Assembly (NCBI GenBank): GCA_949358305.1
Contig: OX442314.1
Coordinates: 26,288,001-26,352,000, forward strand
DNA length: 64,000 bases
Direction: 5' to 3'
DNA from: Strigamia acuminata
Lineage: Eukaryota
Made by a program: the position numbers and the translations under genes. The notes below the pieces were generated by a model. That model was not told the DNA's origin, ran no database searches, and saw only the letters and a program-made list of their open reading frames with translations. This document shows, piece after piece, positions 61,401 through 64,000 of this stretch (position 1 is the first letter of the stretch; the number at the start of each line of letters is the position of its first letter).

Positions 61401-61698
61401 TAACACAATTTGCACCGAATTATGGCAATTTTTGACAAATTTACATGGATTTTTGCCAGTATTTGACAAATTTCCACGGATTTTTGACAATATTTGACAA
61501 ATTCCAGACAAATTTCAGACAAATTTCAATTAATTTTAGAAATTTTATGAGAAATTTCAGCAAATGTTTGAGGATTGAGGAAATCTTCTGAAATTTGTCA
61601 AATATAGGCAAAAATCTTCTGAAATTTGTCAAATACAGGCAAAAATCTGCTGAAATTTGTCAAAAATTGCCCAAATTCCGTGCAAGTTTTGCAAGTTT
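52461..61698. repeat. ~9.2-kb palindrome made of 1.69-kb units and family-2 satellite
   Basis: Mirror-image ORFs have coordinate sum 114159 in the outer arms. The sum falls to 113823 inside the 56-bp arrays, i.e. six extra units in the right arm. The centre (~56326-57497) holds three cores. Confidence 0.92.
55420..58740. repeat. CpG-dense hairpin satellite, family 2, second foldback block
   Basis: About 10 56-bp units on + (~55528-56082) and about 16 on - (~57740-58640); cores near 56326, 56879 and 57421. Confidence 0.93.
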
Positions 61699-63915
61699 TG
61701 CGCGCATCAAATCGTATGCGCGCCTATACTATTGCACGAGCGCATTGACGCGTGATGAACACCGACCACGTTTACGAAGTGAATTCGAGCTACAAAAGTA
61801 TCGAGTCGCCATTCTATGATGGAAAAAAAAAATTAAGTGTAAACAAACAAAATAAAAACTTTAATATACAAGAAACGTACAATTCCACTCAACTTTGTTT
61901 CAAATTTTATTTATTGGATCATTGAAAATAAACAGTAGTGTTGTGCACTGTACGCTTAAGTGTATACCGGCGATGCGTTGTTTTGTGGTGGGGATTTGCC
62001 TCGATAATTGATCTTTTCTCTTTGTTTGCAATATTTTTTTGGCCTTTTTTGTTGATTTTTCGGTTTGAAATTGTTTTTTTCCGGTGTAATTTAAGTGGTG
62101 GAAGGTTGTTGGCGTGTGTTGAGGGTAATTTTGGCGGTTTTTGGGTCGGGATTAGTGTTTTCTGCGATTTTTTATCGGTATTTGGGGTTTGATGCAGCGG
62201 ATAGCGCATGCGAATCGCCGTCGACCGTAGCATTAGCAATTGCAACGTGCCGCGCTATGCCACACAATGTGCCGCCGCGATATGCCATCGAATCCGAATG
62301 TGTGTGATGCGAAACGCGAGTACGCGCGCGGAGAACGCGCGGCAATGCTAGCAACAGGAGCGCAACTGCCCAAGAAATTGCTCAACAATAAAAGGCACGT
62401 GCCTGAAACAATAGGCACTTCAAATAAAGTTATTGTTAAAAAACGGGCTTGAAAACCAACAATTACACAATAATTAAGGGGCAAGAAATGAACTTTGCTG
62501 CAATGCAAAGTTCTCAAAATACAGAGAAATGAAAGTTACACTTGTATAAAGAATTGACAATGTTTGAAACCAATAAAAACTACAAAAACACACTTGTAAA
62601 AAACCCAAAACAACCCCCAGAATGAATTATTTGACTCAAATTAACCCTAAAACGGTCTTGGAGGTCGTGCAGACGACAGAGTCGGATCGGAAGGTTGCTA
62701 AAACCTGACGCCAAAACTAGCAATGGGACAGCTAGTTAGAAAACAGCTTTTTCATCAATCATGAACGCTGAAAACCTCACCCAGGGGTAGAAAATGATGG
62801 AGAGAACGTTTTCGCCATCTAAAACGGTCTAAAACGGGTCTAAAATGCCTAAACCGGCGCCTGGAACGTGGCGCAGTTGTTGGGTCAAATATTGTCAAAA
62901 ATCAGTGGAAATTTGTCAAATACTGGCAAAAATCTGCTGAAATTTGTCAAAAATTGCCAAATTTTGGCGCAAGTTACGTGAGGTTTGCGCGCATCCAACT
63001 ATGACGAAAAATCCATGCGTGTGCACGCGCGATTTACTGGCGCGTTGGAAGCGTTAAAATAAATTTTTCCAATATCTAACACAATTTGCACCGAATTATG
63101 GCAATTTTTGACAAATTTACATGGATTTTTGCCAGTATTTGACAAATTTCCACGGATTTTTGACAATATTTGACAAATTCCAGACAAATTTCAGACAAAT
63201 TTCAATTAATTTTTGAAATTTTATGAGAAATTTCAGCAAATGTTTGAGGATTGAGGAAATCTTCTGAAATTTGTCAAATATAGGCAAAAATCTTCTGAAA
63301 TTTGTCAAATACAGGCAAAAATCTGCTGAAATTTGTCAAAAATTGCCCAAATTCCGTGCAAGTTTTGCAAGTTTTGCGCGCATCAAATCGTATGCGCGCC
63401 TATACTATTGCACGAGCGCATTGACGCGTGATGAACACCGACCACGTTTACGAAGTGAATTCGAGCTACAAAAGTATCGAGTCGCCATTCTATGATGGAA
63501 AAAAAAAATTAAGTGTAAACAAACAAAATAAAAACTTTAATATACAAGAAACGTACAATTCCACTCAACTTTGTTTCAAATTTTATTTATTGGATCATTG
63601 AAAATAAACAGTAGTGTTGTGCACTGTACGCTTAAGTGTATACCGGCGATGCGTTGTTTTGTGGTGGGGATTTGCCTCGATAATTGATCTTTTCTCTTTG
63701 TTTGCAATATTTTTTTGGCCTTTTTTGTTGATTTTTCGGTTTGAAATTGTTTTTTTCCGGTGTAATTTAAGTGGTGGAAGGTTGTTGGCGTGTGTTGAGG
63801 GTAATTTTGGCGGTTTTTGGGTCGGGATTAGTGTTTTCTGCGATTTTTGATCGGTATTTGGGGTTTGATGCAGCGGATAGCGCATGCGAATCGCCGTCGA
63901 CCGTAGCATTAGCAA
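58860..63915. repeat. Three tandem copies of the ~1.69-kb unit
   Basis: Near-identical short ORFs recur at offsets of 1686 and 1676 bp (59637, 61323, 62999). Confidence 0.93.
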
Positions 63916-64000
63916 GTGCGCGCGCAAGTTAAATGTGTACAGGACTGTGAGAAAATAAAACGTGTGTGGAAAAGTAAATGTTCTTTGGTGATCGCCATGA

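Overview
Eukaryotic (animal, probably arthropod) repeat-rich DNA in three zones. (1) 1-23 kb: three distinct, intact, same-orientation Ty1/Copia LTR retrotransposons, two of them complete with matching LTRs, 5-bp TSDs, tRNA-iMet PBS and PPT. Each polyprotein carries a methyl-CpG-binding domain (MBD) between integrase and reverse transcriptase. Each is inserted at a GTTAAC/GTTAC core of a very CpG-dense palindromic satellite, matching the 'CopiaMBD' type I recall from centipede/spider genomes. (2) 23-38 kb: a satellite-bounded cluster of spliced, GC-rich genes not visible in the ORF track. Three of them share an atypical double CCHH zinc-finger module with identical intron positions: two stand-alone ~110-aa proteins and one ~1060-aa protein. 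(3) 38-64 kb: a second CpG-dense hairpin satellite (56-bp and ~551-bp units), a ~1.69-kb tandem repeat and a ~9.2-kb palindrome. The two otherwise unrelated satellites carry a homologous ~80-bp core in the loops of their inverted repeats. All calls come from reading the sequence by eye; no database searches were run.
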